Assembly (NCBI GenBank): GCA_964016885.1 | Contig: OZ024743.1 | Location: forward strand, 64,232,001 to 64,296,000 | DNA from: Eledone cirrhosa | Lineage: Eukaryota | DNA: 64,000 bases | Direction of reading: 5' to 3' | Part shown: piece by piece, positions 1 to 11,969 of the stretch | How the letters are laid out: every line of letters begins with the position of its first letter | Numbering within the stretch: position 1 is the first letter of the stretch | The notes under the pieces: model-generated | The model's input: only the letters and a program-made list of their open reading frames with translations | Told to the model about the DNA's origin: nothing | Databases searched by the model: none | Translations under genes and position numbers: made by a program

Positions 1-396
1 TCGACAATGGAAAAATAGATGTAAAATTTATTTCTTTTGTCTGGTTTGACAGTCGGTTCCTTTCTTCTCCAAAGAGTTGCAACCAACAGATAGTATCAGC
101 GATGGAAAGACCAATGGAAACATGGTTTCTTTGGTCCAATCTCTTGATTGGCACCTTTCTCTTCCTTTATCTTGTCAATTAGCAGAGTTGTTAGAGCATT
201 GGATTAAATATCTTGTGCTGTTTCTTTTGGCTCCTTGCAAGTTCAAATTTTTCCAAGGTCAACTTTAACATTCATTCTTTTAGGGATCTATAAATATGTA
301 CCAGTCCAAGGATGGTAAATTTGTGTAATTGTTAAAGGGTGGATTGGGATAAGAGTAGAAAAGAGAGAGAAAAAAAGATATGATTATATTATGTTT

Positions 397-483
<87 letters not shown>

Positions 484-491
<8 letters not shown>

Positions 492-1024
492 TGAGCATAA
501 GAGGAATCAAATGCTGTGTGCAGGAAAAGAGGTTGCGTTGGTATGGACATGTGATGCATATGAAGGATGACAGCTGCATAAAAAGGTGCAGAGCACTAAA
601 AGTCAATGGAAGCCTTGGAGTGGGAAGACCTAAGAAGACCTGGGATGAGGTGATGACACAGGTCTGAGACCTCTGGCATTACGTAGTAATACAGAAGGCC
701 CGACGTCCCACGGGTACAAGCCGAAGCTGATGCATAAAGCCAGTATACTCCCACTCCTTCCCACTGTAAAGTGTTCGTGGATGTGTCACAAAAAAATAGC
801 ACCCAGCCCACACTGTAAAGTGGTTGTGTAGGCGCCACGGAAAAAAACACCCAGCACTCACTGTAAATGAGGTTGGTGTTAGGAAGGGCATCCAGCTGTA
901 GAAATCAAGCCAAAAACAGTTCTGTGTGAGCAAGACATGGTCACCTGACATTGCCCACAATAGGACAACCCGTCTAACCCATACTAGTGTGGAAGAATGG
1001 ACGTAAAACGATGATGATGATGAT
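484..1024 (+). mobile_element. RTE-clade LINE 3' fragment with (GAT)n tail
   Basis: RLRWYGHVMHM...GRPKKTW motif typical of the RTE C-terminus; 3' UTR motif ggaagggcatccagctgtagaaa recurs at ~28750, 31600, 33190. Confidence 0.75.
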
Positions 1025-1762
1025 ATATAATGAAGATATATACATATATACATAACTGTGAGGAAGTCCAACAGATACCAATTTTGCTCAATGAAGAAAT
1101 TAATAAGAATCAATTTTCCAGAGTATAATAAAAAATATATTTGGGAAACACAAATAAGATAAAAAAATATTTACCTATTTATTTAGAGCATCCCTTCTGC
1201 AGTTTCATTGAGTAAAACTCAGCATTGAGCTCTGTGATACTCTCAACTTGTCAGGGAGCATTTTCAACAAGGAAGGATTCATCTGAGTTATGCTCTGAAA
1301 AATTGATTCTTATTAATCCCTTCATTGAGCAAAATTGGTATCTGTTGCAGTCCCTCATATGTATGTCTATACTCTTGGACTTTAGACACACTATCATTAA
1401 ATAGAAAAAAGATAGTTTTTTTACCAGTCCAAATGTTTCAGAATATTTCCAAACAAGAAAAAATTCAAAACGTTTTCGAGATTTTTCATATATCTATATA
1501 TATTCTTGGGGAGGGTCATATTGTTGGTTTTCACTTCTGTATCTTTTATATCTCCATAGTTAATTTATTTGGCAATCAATGTTTATCATTGATTAACCAG
1601 TGGTTAAAAATACAGATATAAATATATATATATATAGTCTATCAAAATTCTTTCGTTGCACATCTGCAACATCATCAGTGGTACTATTATGTTTCCTCCT
1701 GTTGTATTGTAAGTCTATGCCAAAAAAACACTATATATATTCTTATATATATATATATATAA

Positions 1763-1835
<73 letters not shown>

Positions 1836-1851
1836 GTATGTATGTATATAC

Positions 1852-1884
<33 letters not shown>

Positions 1885-1937
1885 TGTATGTATGTATGTA
1901 TGTATATATAATATAAATAATGTTACTTTTTCTAAAG

Positions 1938-2088
1938 CGGTGTCACTGAGGATTGTTACCCCTACCAAGGCAAGACAGATGCCTGTACCATTCCAAGAAA
2001 CACCTCACCTGATATATGTCCCAGTGGCACAGTCTTCAAGGAACACATGAAATTTAAGATGACACCACCACACCGTATCCGCGATGAT
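1938..2088 (+). CDS. Exon of tubulointerstitial nephritis antigen-like / cathepsin B-family (peptidase C1A) gene; 5' exons lie upstream of the window
   Basis: aag|CGG acceptor and GAT|gtaagt donor; translates [50 protein letters not shown] (C1A 'GV..E.CYPY' motif); phase fits next exon. Confidence 0.88.
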
Positions 2089-2113
2089 GTAAGTGTGAAA
2101 CCATATCTTTATG

Positions 2114-2492
2114 AAAATTATTGTGTACAGTGCTCAGGTGCACTAAAACTCATCAAAGCTGCATGTTTTACTAAACATGGAGCTTTGATGAGTTGTAGTG
2201 CACCTAGAATAAAGTACAAATGACAAGAACATGAACAGTGTATGAGTCATGATATACACATAGACACACACACATATGCATGTGTGTGTATGGAGGGGGA
2301 ATATCAAGTATAGTGTTGGCGAATTTCGGGAAGCATGGAAGTTTTAAAGGATGCAGTGTCCCGACAGCTAACAACTGATGCAGGTAGTTTATTCCATGCT
2401 TCAGCAACTCGGAGCATGCAAATATGTTTATGAAAGTCATAGGAGCTGTACTGTTTTCTGATTTTGTAAGCATGTCCACGGGTGTTAAACAT
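2114..2492 (-). mobile_element. CR1-like LINE 3' fragment; other copies at 5895-6020(-), 29650-30015(+), 33228-33520(+), 36590-36865(-)
   Basis: NTRGH..K..K....D.RKHFF.LRVAEAWNKLPASVV is the CR1/L2-type C-terminal motif; shared 3' UTR with an (ATT)n-like tail. Confidence 0.75.
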
Positions 2493-3256
2493 ATGAAAAC
2501 TTTACAGAAGCATGCATGGCTCTGTGGTTAAAGAGTTTACATGGTTTGGGGTTAAGTTGTGTCCTACTGCATGAAACCTCAGGCAAGTACAATGTTTTGT
2601 GAATGAAACAATCATTTCAGAGAGCAAAAGTATTGATGTGTTGTCTAATTGATGGCAGTTATGTAACTCTGTACCATCAAATTTGAAAAAGTACATCTAT
2701 TCTATATATATAAAATTCATAAAAAAGTGTGGGGATCTCAGACACAGAAAATAACTGTAAATACTGTCAGTTGCTATAAATAATAGCTTAGAAAACTGGG
2801 TAAATACCCCTATAGACAGATAAAGTGGCCAGGAGTAGCTATGAAGGATTGAACTTAGTATCTCCTAAATACTGACTGACTGCTCTAACCATTGAGCTAA
2901 GGAATACACTCACATATATATATGTGTGCGTGTGTCCTGTCATTTAGCAATTCAACAAAGACAGATCAATAATACTAATACCAGACTTCAAGAAATAAGT
3001 ACTGGTGGTCACTATGATCAATTAAATACTTTCAAGTCAGTGCCCCAGTATGGCCACAGTCTAATGTCTGAAACAAATAAATAAATGAAATAATAAAACG
3101 ATAAAAGAAGGTAAAGTTAGAGAGAGAGGGTCAGGATTTAGAGGAGAGAGATAGGGGGAGGGGGTAAGGAGAATGAGAGACAGAGAGAGGGAGACAGAGA
3201 AGAGAGAGAGGAAAAAGAGAAAATAAAACCACTAAAAGTATTTTTCTTTTCTTTAG

Positions 3257-3302
3257 GAACACACAATTAAGAAACAAATTTATGAAAATGGACCAGTTCA
3301 AG
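3257..3302 (+). CDS. TINAG-like/C1A exon
   Basis: polypyrimidine-tag acceptor, G|gtaaga donor; EHTIKKQIYENGPVQ(A) matches the cathepsin B/TINAG 'EI..NGPVQA' motif. Confidence 0.92.
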
Positions 3303-3399
3303 GTAAGATATATTTAATAAATATTTATGCTTGAATACATAAATGTTAAGGCAAACTTAGATGTAACACAAGAATTTAAGGTAAATCTATGGTAGCTAT

Positions 3400-3800
3400 A
3401 TCATCATCATCATCATCTTCATCATCATTTTACATCCGCTTTTCCCTACTTGCAAGGGTGGGACAGGTCCTATTCAGCACAGCATCTCTCCACTTGTCAC
3501 GGTCCTTTGTCATCTCCTCCATGAGCTTCAACAATCTGAGGTCTGCTCTCACCACCTCTGCCCATGTTTTTCGTGGTCTTCCTCTACTGCATCTTCCTTC
3601 TACTGAGATTTATTGGCACCCAGCGGTCATCCTTCATGCGCATCACATGTCCATACCATCTCAGCCTTCTCTCCCACACACTACAACTTATCCCTCTTAT
3701 ACACAGTTTCTCTCTCAACTCATCTATGCTTGGTCGTTCACGTACATTGACATTGCACATCCAATGGAGCATGCTTGCTTCATTTCTCTAATAACTGCTT
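3400..3800 (-). mobile_element. RTE LINE 3' fragment
   Basis: RLRWYGHVMRMKDDRW on the minus strand; (TCA)n tail on +. Confidence 0.7.
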
Positions 3801-3887
3801 ATATATTAGAAGTCTTGGCTGTGGAAAAAATGAACTGTGAAGTATGAATACTTTCCACTATACCCTTGTATACAGAAATACATAATA

Positions 3888-4045
3888 AATTATACACCTA
3901 TGTGTGTATTTCAGATATTTTTGTCTCCTCATCAGATAATAACTATCTTATGGTTCTGTATATGGAAGAATATTGTGATAATGATACATAAGAAATTACA
4001 CCCGTGTGTGTATTTCAGATGTTCTTGTCACCTCATCAGACAACC
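3888..4045 (-). ncRNA. Tandem pair of degenerate type-I hammerhead ribozyme motifs (104-nt spacing)
   Basis: minus strand CTGATGA-gga..tct-GAAA-TACAC.acatag.GTGTA-TA and CTGATGA-ggtg.acaagaa.catc.t-GAAA-tacac..gtgta; stem I weak. Confidence 0.5.
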
Positions 4046-4093
4046 TTATGATTTTTTTTTAGTTTATTCCCTTTGACAATGAGAACTATATTT

Positions 4094-4680
4094 TCTTCTT
4101 CTTCTTCTTCTTCTTCTTCTTCTTCTTCTTCTTCTTCTTCTTCTTCTTCTTCTTCTTCTTCTTCTTCTTCTTCGCTCTTTTATTCCTGAGAGGGTCATGG
4201 GGGAAGAGTCCTCAAACACTCTTTCCAGTGAGTCCTGTCAGAAGTAACCATCTCCAACTGATCCAGCTGGATCCCCAAGCAAGACCAGCCAAGCTCATGG
4301 ATGTTATCCAACCGTCTTGTTCAGGGTCTTCCTCTGGGACTCCTGCCGGTTGGTTTTGCCCGTAAAATCTGTTCAGCGATTCTCTCCTGAGACATTCTAA
4401 CCCCATGCCCATAGTATCAGAGCTGTGAGCTCACAATTCAGAGAAGTAGTGGCTCTACCTGGAATGACTCTCTGATCTCCGAGCTACATACTCTATCGAG
4501 TAGCATTACTCCAAAGACCCTTTGGAGAAACGCCATTTCAACTGCTTATATTCACAAATGTACTCTTTCAGTCATTACCCAAGATTCATGATCATTGGTA
4601 AGGGTTGGCTCAAATACCAAATTGAAGATAGCGAGTTTATCTTTTACACCTACCTCACTTCTAATTACTGAATGCTGGCA
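4094..4680 (-). mobile_element. RTE LINE 3' fragment with (GAA)n tail, same family as 16870-18680
   Basis: reverse-complement similarity to ~18190-18680; (TTC)n tail at 4094-4173. Confidence 0.75.
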
Positions 4681-5238
4681 CTTTACTATATTTTTAACAA
4701 AATGTATTTAATGTCCTTACTGTGGCAAAATTCATCAAATTTGGAAACCGTGCCAAATATGTAATGTATGAGCAAGATGAGGTCACTCCAATATGTCTGG
4801 TCTTGGACTGTGACAACCCATCCGACACATGCCAGTGTGGAAAGTGGATGTAAAATGAGGTTTGTTAGATTTTTTTTAAATTAATACCTGTATGTATAAC
4901 ATTTCAGTTCCAATTACTTGTGCCAAGCTGACTTTGATATGTAAAATTGGAGGTTTGCTGTGTATGAGGGGCTTCTCAAACCTGCCTAAAGGTCTAAATA
5001 TGGTCCTGGCAGCACTAGAGAGGCTATCATATGGTTGGCTTAACTCAACTGCTCTCTCAAACCCTATATCGTCTCCGTTTAATCTCCAGACCTTCAATCT
5101 CCCATCAAAAACTATTTGACATTATTTAAATCTATGAAATATTCTTTGTTGACTCAAATTTGAACCTCAAATGTTTTACAAATATTTCATCCTTGGTTTT
5201 CACTTCATTATTTATTCATTTTTTATTTTATTCTGCAG

Positions 5239-5362
5239 CCATATTTAAAGTGAAAGAAGACTTCTTCATCTACAAATCTGGTGTCTATCGCCACATCAAC
5301 ACCGTTTCAAACCTACCCCAAGAATACCATCAAACTGGTTCCCACTCAGTTAGAATTATCGG
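5239..5362 (+). CDS. TINAG-like/C1A exon with catalytic-position His
   Basis: tgcag acceptor, GG|gtaagt donor; (A)IFKVKEDFFIYKSGVYRH...YHQTGSHSVRIIG resembles TINAGL1 'EDFFLYKGGIYSH...GTHSVKITG'. Confidence 0.93.
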
Positions 5363-5486
5363 GTAAGTGACATAAAACTGGTTTATATTCCATGTTGGTA
5401 TACTAATGAGGAGAGAAGTGTCACTGAAACTGAAGGGAAAGGTGTGTGTTGCTTGTCTGAGAAGTGCCATTATTTATGGGAGTGAG

Positions 5487-5712
5487 AAGGGTAGTGGATT
5501 GGCAGTATTGGTAGAGCATCAGACAACATGCTTTGCTGCATAGAGTTACGTCCCTTTGTGTTCTGATTTCAAATCCCTCTGAGGTTAGCTTTGTCTTTCA
5601 TCCTTCCAGGGAGTCGATAAAATAAAGTACCAGTAATGCACTGGAGTTGATTTAATTGACCTTCCTCTCCTCCAAAATTGCTGGCCTTGGGCCTAAATCA
5701 GAAACCATTATT
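5487..5712 (+). mobile_element. tRNA-derived SINE with Nin/Deu-like central domain; representative of >20 copies, e.g. 6078-6220(-), 17516-17838(+, two), 22997-23187(-), 26763-26935, 28380-28712, 29035-29200, 30340-30550, 34628-34825, 36285-36585(-), 37204-37396, 40699-40876, 49530-49720(-)
   Basis: A-box-like GGATTGGCAGTATCGGTAG, B-box GAGTTCAAATCCC, conserved TTTGCCTTTCATCCTTACGGGGTCGATAAAATAAAGTACCAGT core, (ATT)n tail. Confidence 0.88.
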
Positions 5713-6962
5713 TATGGGAATGAGACATGGGTGATGAATGTGGAGCAACAGAGAAAGCTGGAGAGAATGAAAGGGAAAGATATATGCTACACGTGTGAGT
5801 GCTGCCATGATTTAAGGGAGCAAGACATAGCTGATAAACATGGAGCAGCACAACATATTCACAAAGAATCAAACTACTGTTGTAATTGGAGAGATAATAA
5901 TGAAAATGATTGTGTACAGTGCTCAGGTGCACTACAGTTCATCAAAGGTGTATGTATAGTACATAGAATAATGTACAAATGTCAGGAAAGTGAACAGTGT
6001 ATGAGTCATGGTATATACACACAGAGGCCACCAATATAGCAGCAAGTAATAGTAACCAGTTTAGAAGTAAGATAAAATAATTGTTTCTACTTTTGGCACA
6101 AGGCCATCAATTACCCAGTACATTACTGGTACTTTATTTTATCGACCCCATAAGGATGAAAGGCAAAGTTAACCTCGGCGGGATTTGAACTCAGACCGTA
6201 AAGGGATGTAACTATGCTGAAGTAAGATAAAATAATGTTGACAACAATTTGTAGTTCGTTGTAACAGAATTTATTAACAATGTTTAAGGTTGAGAAGAGC
6301 GGGATTAAGCTGGGATGGCATGCCAAAATAAATGAACAAATGAATTAAGAGTTTAGAAGGTACGGTCAACTGGCTGAGGTGTTAGCCAGGCCCGTCGTTA
6401 TTGTTGTCGTTACATCGGAAAATGTTTGCGGAGCAAAATAACAATTGTGTTTACCTTACCGCAGTTGACATGCAAAGAGGATTAGTTTATTAAAAGATGC
6501 GGGAAAGTCTCAGTTTGGGCGGAAGTTGAAAATACATATCCGTGCGTGGATCACAATTGACCTGACTTAGCCAAATAATGTACGGATAGCGTGTCAATGC
6601 ACCAAAGGAAAGTAGCTTGCTACAAATGAATCAGATGTAGTGTATAAGAGAGAAGAATGTGCTTGTATGGACATGTGATACATATGGATGATGATCATTG
6701 AGTGAAGAAGTACCCTAAAACTGAGCCTGGGATAAAAAGCTGCTAGAGTTGTTTTTTAAGTTCATGTCGTGTGATTGAAGTTAAACAGAGAGAACAACAA
6801 TATCAAAACAAATTAAGATCAAGAAATATCAAGAAATATTTCAGTGAGAGGTTCTGGTTATTGTATTTTTCTTTTAAATTATTTCTTCAATGTAAAGAAT
6901 AAAATTTTTAACCTATTTAAAATTTATTAATTGTTTTTCATTTAACCCAAATATTATTTCAG

Positions 6963-7005
6963 GTGGGGTGTTGACAATACCAATGGTTTCCGAACAAAAT
7001 ACTGG
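6963..7005 (+). CDS. TINAG-like/C1A exon
   Basis: ttcag acceptor, TGG|gtaagt donor; WGVDNTNGFRTKYW; phase consistent. Confidence 0.92.
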
Positions 7006-7575
7006 GTAAGTGATAACCTCTTTAGTACTATAGATGTCTTGGTTGTATTAGATTGCTTGGGAAGGTGTATGGTTTAGTGGTTAGGGTGTTTGGCTCAGAA
7101 ACATGAAGCCTTGATTCAGAAACATAAAACCAATTCCTTGATTCGGTAGTGCATTGTGTTCTTAAGTAAAACACTTTATTTTCTGTTGCTTCAGTACACT
7201 TATCCTTATCCTCGGTTCACCTCCAGGGGTAATGTTTTCTCCATCATGTTGATCATGAGGCAAATGACATATTAGTGCTAGGGTAGGGTGATGGTCTTCA
7301 GACAAAAGGGTTGATCATATTCACACACACAACTATATATAGTTCATCCAATATTGCTAGCAGTGGAGTTTATATGGAATCTCAAAGTGGAAAATGTCTT
7401 AAACTTACAACAAAGTAATCCCCAACAGTGACAATTGGTGCAGAAATTGTAGCTTACTAATTAGAAAATTAGTAAAATTTTTCTCTATGAAGGAAACACA
7501 CACACACAAAAAAAGTAAATCTGTGCAGAAAAATTTGCAAAAGTGTAATAATCTTTTTTTTTCAATTCTTTTCAG

Positions 7576-7785
7576 CTGTGTGCCAATTCCTGGGGACCCT
7601 ACTGGGGTGAAAATGGCTACTTCCGTATTATTCGAGGAGAGAATGAGTGTGATATTGAGTCCTTTGTCATCAGTGCTTGGCCCCAACTTCCACAAAGATT
7701 TCATCGTTATGGACCCGTACGAAAACGAAGAGCTCTCGATGATGCTAGAGTAAAAGAAATTCTTTTTGGAACGAGAAGCAAATGA
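7576..7785 (+). CDS. Terminal coding exon of TINAG-like/C1A gene
   Basis: ttcag acceptor; [37 protein letters not shown]...GTRSK*; NSWG motif and TINAG-type '[11 protein letters not shown]'; AATAAA at ~7852. Confidence 0.93.
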   Translation: MCANSWGPYWGENGYFRIIRGENECDIESFVISAWPQLPQRFHRYGPVRKRRALDDARVKEILFGTRSK

Positions 7786-7885
7786 AATGGTTAAAAATTT
7801 AAAAAAGCATATCTATAGAACTGGCAAATACTTCCAAATGAGCTTTTTTTAAATAAAAAAAAACAATTTCAAATGCCCTTTTTTA

Positions 7886-8150
7886 AAACCCTTTCATTAC
7901 CATATTTCTCATAAAAGATACTGCCTATGGTTTTCAAATAATTTTGAAAATAATCGAGAATTTGGAGGGTCTTAGTAAAATATCTACTAGCTTTCTCATT
8001 ATTAAGATGGTGTTTGGAACATAACTTAACAAATGTTCTTACATAAAATTATAATGGAAGTTTTTTTTAGCTAAATATAAACACTTTAAAACAAATTAGT
8101 ATCATAGAACCAGGGCCAGTTTCAGATGAATTGGTATCATAAGGAGTTAA
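7886..8150. mobile_element. Degenerate piggyBac-type MITE in the TINAG-like 3' region
   Basis: aaCCCTTTCATTACC...GGTATCATAAGGAGttaa imperfect termini; related sequence at ~30150-30330. Confidence 0.4.
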
Positions 8151-9145
8151 TGAAAAAAAAAACATTTCAGAATGATCCTTTTATTGTTTTTAGAGAAATT
8201 TCTGAATGTTCATTTTCTTAAGAAAAAATCTTTAAAAAATAAACAAGAACATACCCCATTGATTGAAAAAATAATCATTCCCCACCCCCATGCAATCTGA
8301 TTTATTTAAGAAAAAAAAATTTAGTAATATATTTGAGTTAACTCTTATTTTTTTTTTTTGCTTATCTGTTTGTCTAACGTTATACATACAAACATATATA
8401 TTACTAAAACAGAGAATGTCTGTCTGTCTGTACAATCACTAAACCTCGAGAACCACCCAACTGATTGTTTTCAAACTTTACACATGTAATACTTATGTTC
8501 CTATTGAGTGTTCTGAGCAAAAACAATTTCAAATTTTCAATGCCCTAGGGACCGCATTAGGCGATTTAGCGATCTCTTTCTCTCTCTCTTAGTCTTTTTC
8601 TTTTTAGATAGATACATAGATATGACGTCGCGCCATCTGTCTGTATGCCTGACTGTCTGCATTACATCATTATGACGCGATCAGTGTGTGTGTGTATATA
8701 TGTATATATATAGTGTGTGTATATATATTCTTCTGCCAGGGAACATCTTCACGAACCAAAGTATCGTCTTCCTGTTTTCCTTCTGTTGCAACGTTTTTCG
8801 AAATATTTACATCTGCGTTCACAGATTGATATTTTTATATTAGTTTCAGAAGATCCCATTAAGGGTGAAAGCAGCGATTCTTTGCTTAAACTTTAATCTG
8901 TTATTTTAATATAGATATTCGTGTACAGATATTTTTGCATACACAAAAACAAAATATAAACAAACAAGGCCAACGATTACATCAGTTAGTCTTAGTGTAC
9001 TTCATACTGCTTTTAGGTAGAAGATACTGTTAAGGGTGAAAGCAGCGATTCATTTTCTGCGTTCACAGATTGATTTTTTTAGTTTCAGAAGATCCCGTTA
9101 AGGGTGAAAGCAGCGATTCTTTGCTTAAACTTTAATCTGTTATTT

Positions 9146-9192
<47 letters not shown>

Positions 9193-9197
9193 TATAT

Positions 9198-9266
<69 letters not shown>

Positions 9267-9389
9267 AAATTAAGATAAATCAAAATAAATTTAATCTAAA
9301 TCAAATTATGGGTGTCATGCCAGAAAGACATGCGCCATATCACCCGTAAAATAAGCTCCAAGATTCTAATCAATAGGTCCGAGCATTTT

Positions 9390-9784
9390 ATAACAACTAG
9401 AAATTGATTAACATATAAATAAACATATGAAACAATCACAGGGGATAATTTGTAAAAGTGTGTAAGCACACATAGCTAGGTCGGTAAGTAAATAAAGTTT
9501 AACTAGAACTTCAAAAATAGATACCTTATAAAATGATTAATCTTCCTTGTATATATTCCATTAAAGAAATATATTTCCCCAATTAATCGATTGGTAAACG
9601 ACAGTGGCCAGATCTTGGATTCTCAACAAGGAAGAAGTCCAACCATCTATGTAGATATCTATTTTTGAAGTTCTAGTTAAACTTTATTTAGTTACCTACC
9701 TAGCTATGTGTGCTTACACACTTTTACAATTAGCTCCTGTGATTGTTTCATATGTTTATTTATATGTTAATCAATTTCTAGTTG

Positions 9785-9788
<4 letters not shown>
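9390..9788. repeat. Fold-back element (~135-bp inverted arms) between TA tracts
   Basis: 9390-9523 is the near reverse complement of 9655-9788. Confidence 0.85.
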
Positions 9789-9854
<66 letters not shown>

Positions 9855-9857
<3 letters not shown>

Positions 9858-9941
9858 CAACATGACCCTCCCAAAGTATAACAATATCGGTTTCAACACA
9901 CGATTTCAGATAAAGAATCTTGCTAAACAAATTCAGAAACG

Positions 9942-9944
<3 letters not shown>
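9855..9944. repeat. Short TA-inserted repeat family; copies at 39790-39975 with inverted 40123-40222, and 55010-55115
   Basis: shared TGGCAACATGACCCTCCCAAAGTATAACAATATCGGTTTCAACACACG..., each next to (TA)n. Confidence 0.8.
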
Positions 9945-9986
<42 letters not shown>

Positions 9987-10135
9987 TATATTCGTGTACA
10001 GATATTTTTGCATACACAATAACAAAATATAAACAAACGTATTTATTTCACGAGGCTCGATAAGGATAAATATATATCAAATATATAAGAACCCTAGAGG
10101 AAATCCCGAGCAACGCCGGGCCATTCTGCTAGTAT

Positions 10136-10257
10136 ATATATATATATGTATGTAAAAGGAAAACAGAAATAACAACACAATCGGTACAGTCTTCCATATA
10201 CTGTACCGATTGTGTTGTTATTTCTGTTTACCTTTTACATACATATATATATATATA
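10136..10257. repeat. Near-perfect palindrome (~45-bp unique arms, 9-nt loop) flanked by (TA)n
   Basis: ATGTAAAAGG...GGTACAGT cttccatat ACTGTACC...CCTTTTACAT. Confidence 0.9.
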
Positions 10258-10689
10258 TCAACGCTTATGTGGACCTCTCAAAATTCGTTAGATTTTCTTA
10301 TTGGACTTTCACCTCGAAACTGGATACCAACTCGGAGTACACCTGAACTTCCATCAGGAAAACTTTCGTATCTTTGAAATTGTCTTTGCTTCTTATATAT
10401 ATATATATATATTATCATCATCATCGTTTAACGTCCATCTTCCACGAAGAACATCCAGTTGTAAAATACCCAGCCAAATTTACAGTTCTCCCTGGAATAA
10501 GGTGCAATACATGGCCAATCCTGGTCAGACTTGCCTCTTAGCGTGGACGACCTGTCTAACTCATGCGGACATGGCATCTTTTATCTAATTTTGATAGTAT
10601 ATATATATATATATATATATTATGAAGAGAGAAGAAACATTTAGATATAATTAGTAATAAAATGTATCATACCTAAACTGCTCCTAGAT

Positions 10690-10779
10690 TCCTCGACTAC
10701 GTAGTTTCGTGGCATAAACAAAAACAATACATCATAAAGATATAGAGTCCTTGCGAGGTCTGCCGACTTATCAAGAGGA
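10690..10779 (-). ncRNA. Type-I hammerhead ribozyme, U3-A8 variant, extended stem II
   Basis: minus: TCCTC-TTGATAA-GT(C)GGCA...TGCCAC-GAAAC-TACGTA-GTC-GAGGA; 5-bp stem I, palindromic loop III, GUC site; sits in a ~210-bp unit between TA tracts. Confidence 0.75.
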
Positions 10780-10831
10780 TACCTCATTTTACTAGCTTCA
10801 AGAACGCGTCTACACGACGTGAGAAAGAATC

Positions 10832-10931
<100 letters not shown>

Positions 10932-11029
10932 GTACGTATTGTGTTTATTTGAAAACATCTTGAAGGCCTTTCGCTATGAATTTAAGGTAGCGACTATAGT
11001 CACATACATACCTTCACCAAAAACAAAGG

Positions 11030-11670
11030 GAAGTAACCGCCGATTAATCGTTTCTCACTGTTTAGTGGATATCAAGGGTATATATCACCTCTGTTTTTGC
11101 TGTGAGTTGTATAGAAGCCTGATTCTTAAAGAATACCAATTATGTTTATGAGCTGTTTAAACTCATTAACATACAGAGCGGTTTCCGGCCCAGCAACAAT
11201 TAGAAATTTGTGCTGGTGCTACACATCAGCCCAATATAGAATAGCAAAGACTGAATCCAAAAATCTTGTTAAATCAGACAAACTTAAGCAAATGTACAAC
11301 AACATTGAGGAGCTGAATAACCTACCACCCAACAGGTTATATCATGCTGTTCTGAAGAAACTAAAGACTAAACCAAGAAATCTTAGCTGGGGCATTAAAA
11401 ATTCAAACGATACTATTCTTACTTCCAAAGATAATATCCTTTAACGCTGGGCTAAATTCTATAAAGAACTGCACTTCAGCAACTTAGAACTAACAACCAT
11501 TCATGATTCGACATCAGATGTTATTCCATCTATCTTAACTAGCGAGATATATCATGCCATCAAAAGTTTGAAGTGAGGAAAAAGCCCTGGACTGGACAAC
11601 ATATACTCAGAATTCATCAAATCTGGAGGTAAACCAATTATCAAAGCACTTCAACACCTTTTTAACCAAA
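11030..11670 (+). mobile_element. Degenerate LINE fragment (linker between endonuclease and RT)
   Basis: 'EIYHAIKSLK*GKSPGLDNIYSEFIK' motif with stops. Confidence 0.65.
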
Positions 11671-11867
11671 CTGGGTGGGAGATCCCCCCCCCCCCACCCC
11701 AACAGACAGGGAGAGTGGACAGGTATGTTATTGTAACACCAACAACACTACCACTCCAACGTGTCAAATGGCAGAATGAACAAGAATTCAAGAATTGTGT
11801 AAGTAATTGTGAGTGTATGTACCTTGCTAAAGATTATTCAGTGGTGGTTTGTATTTTTGTATAAAAT

Positions 11868-11969
11868 GAAGGTGTCCCAAAAAATGTATACACACTCTGA
11901 TTACCTGTACAGGCAATATTTATTAGAATGCTGTTGAAGGGTATATATATTTTGGGGGGACACCCTGTA
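11868..11969. mobile_element. Tiny Tc1/mariner-like MITE
   Basis: inverted ends GGTGTCCCAAAAAATGTATAC / GTATATATATTTTGGGGGACACCCTGTA. Confidence 0.45.

Larger units (their letters stand above)
8400..10132 (+). mobile_element. Non-autonomous Helitron with nested insertions in its internal TA tracts
   Basis: 3' hairpin CCCGAGC-AAC-GCCGGG followed by CTAG|T at ~10129-10133; 5' (CTGT)n region; homologous minus-strand copy at 15050-15740. Confidence 0.7.

Noticed and set aside
7487-7753. 88-aa ORF from the track
   Set aside because: Wrong frame over the TINAG-like terminal exon
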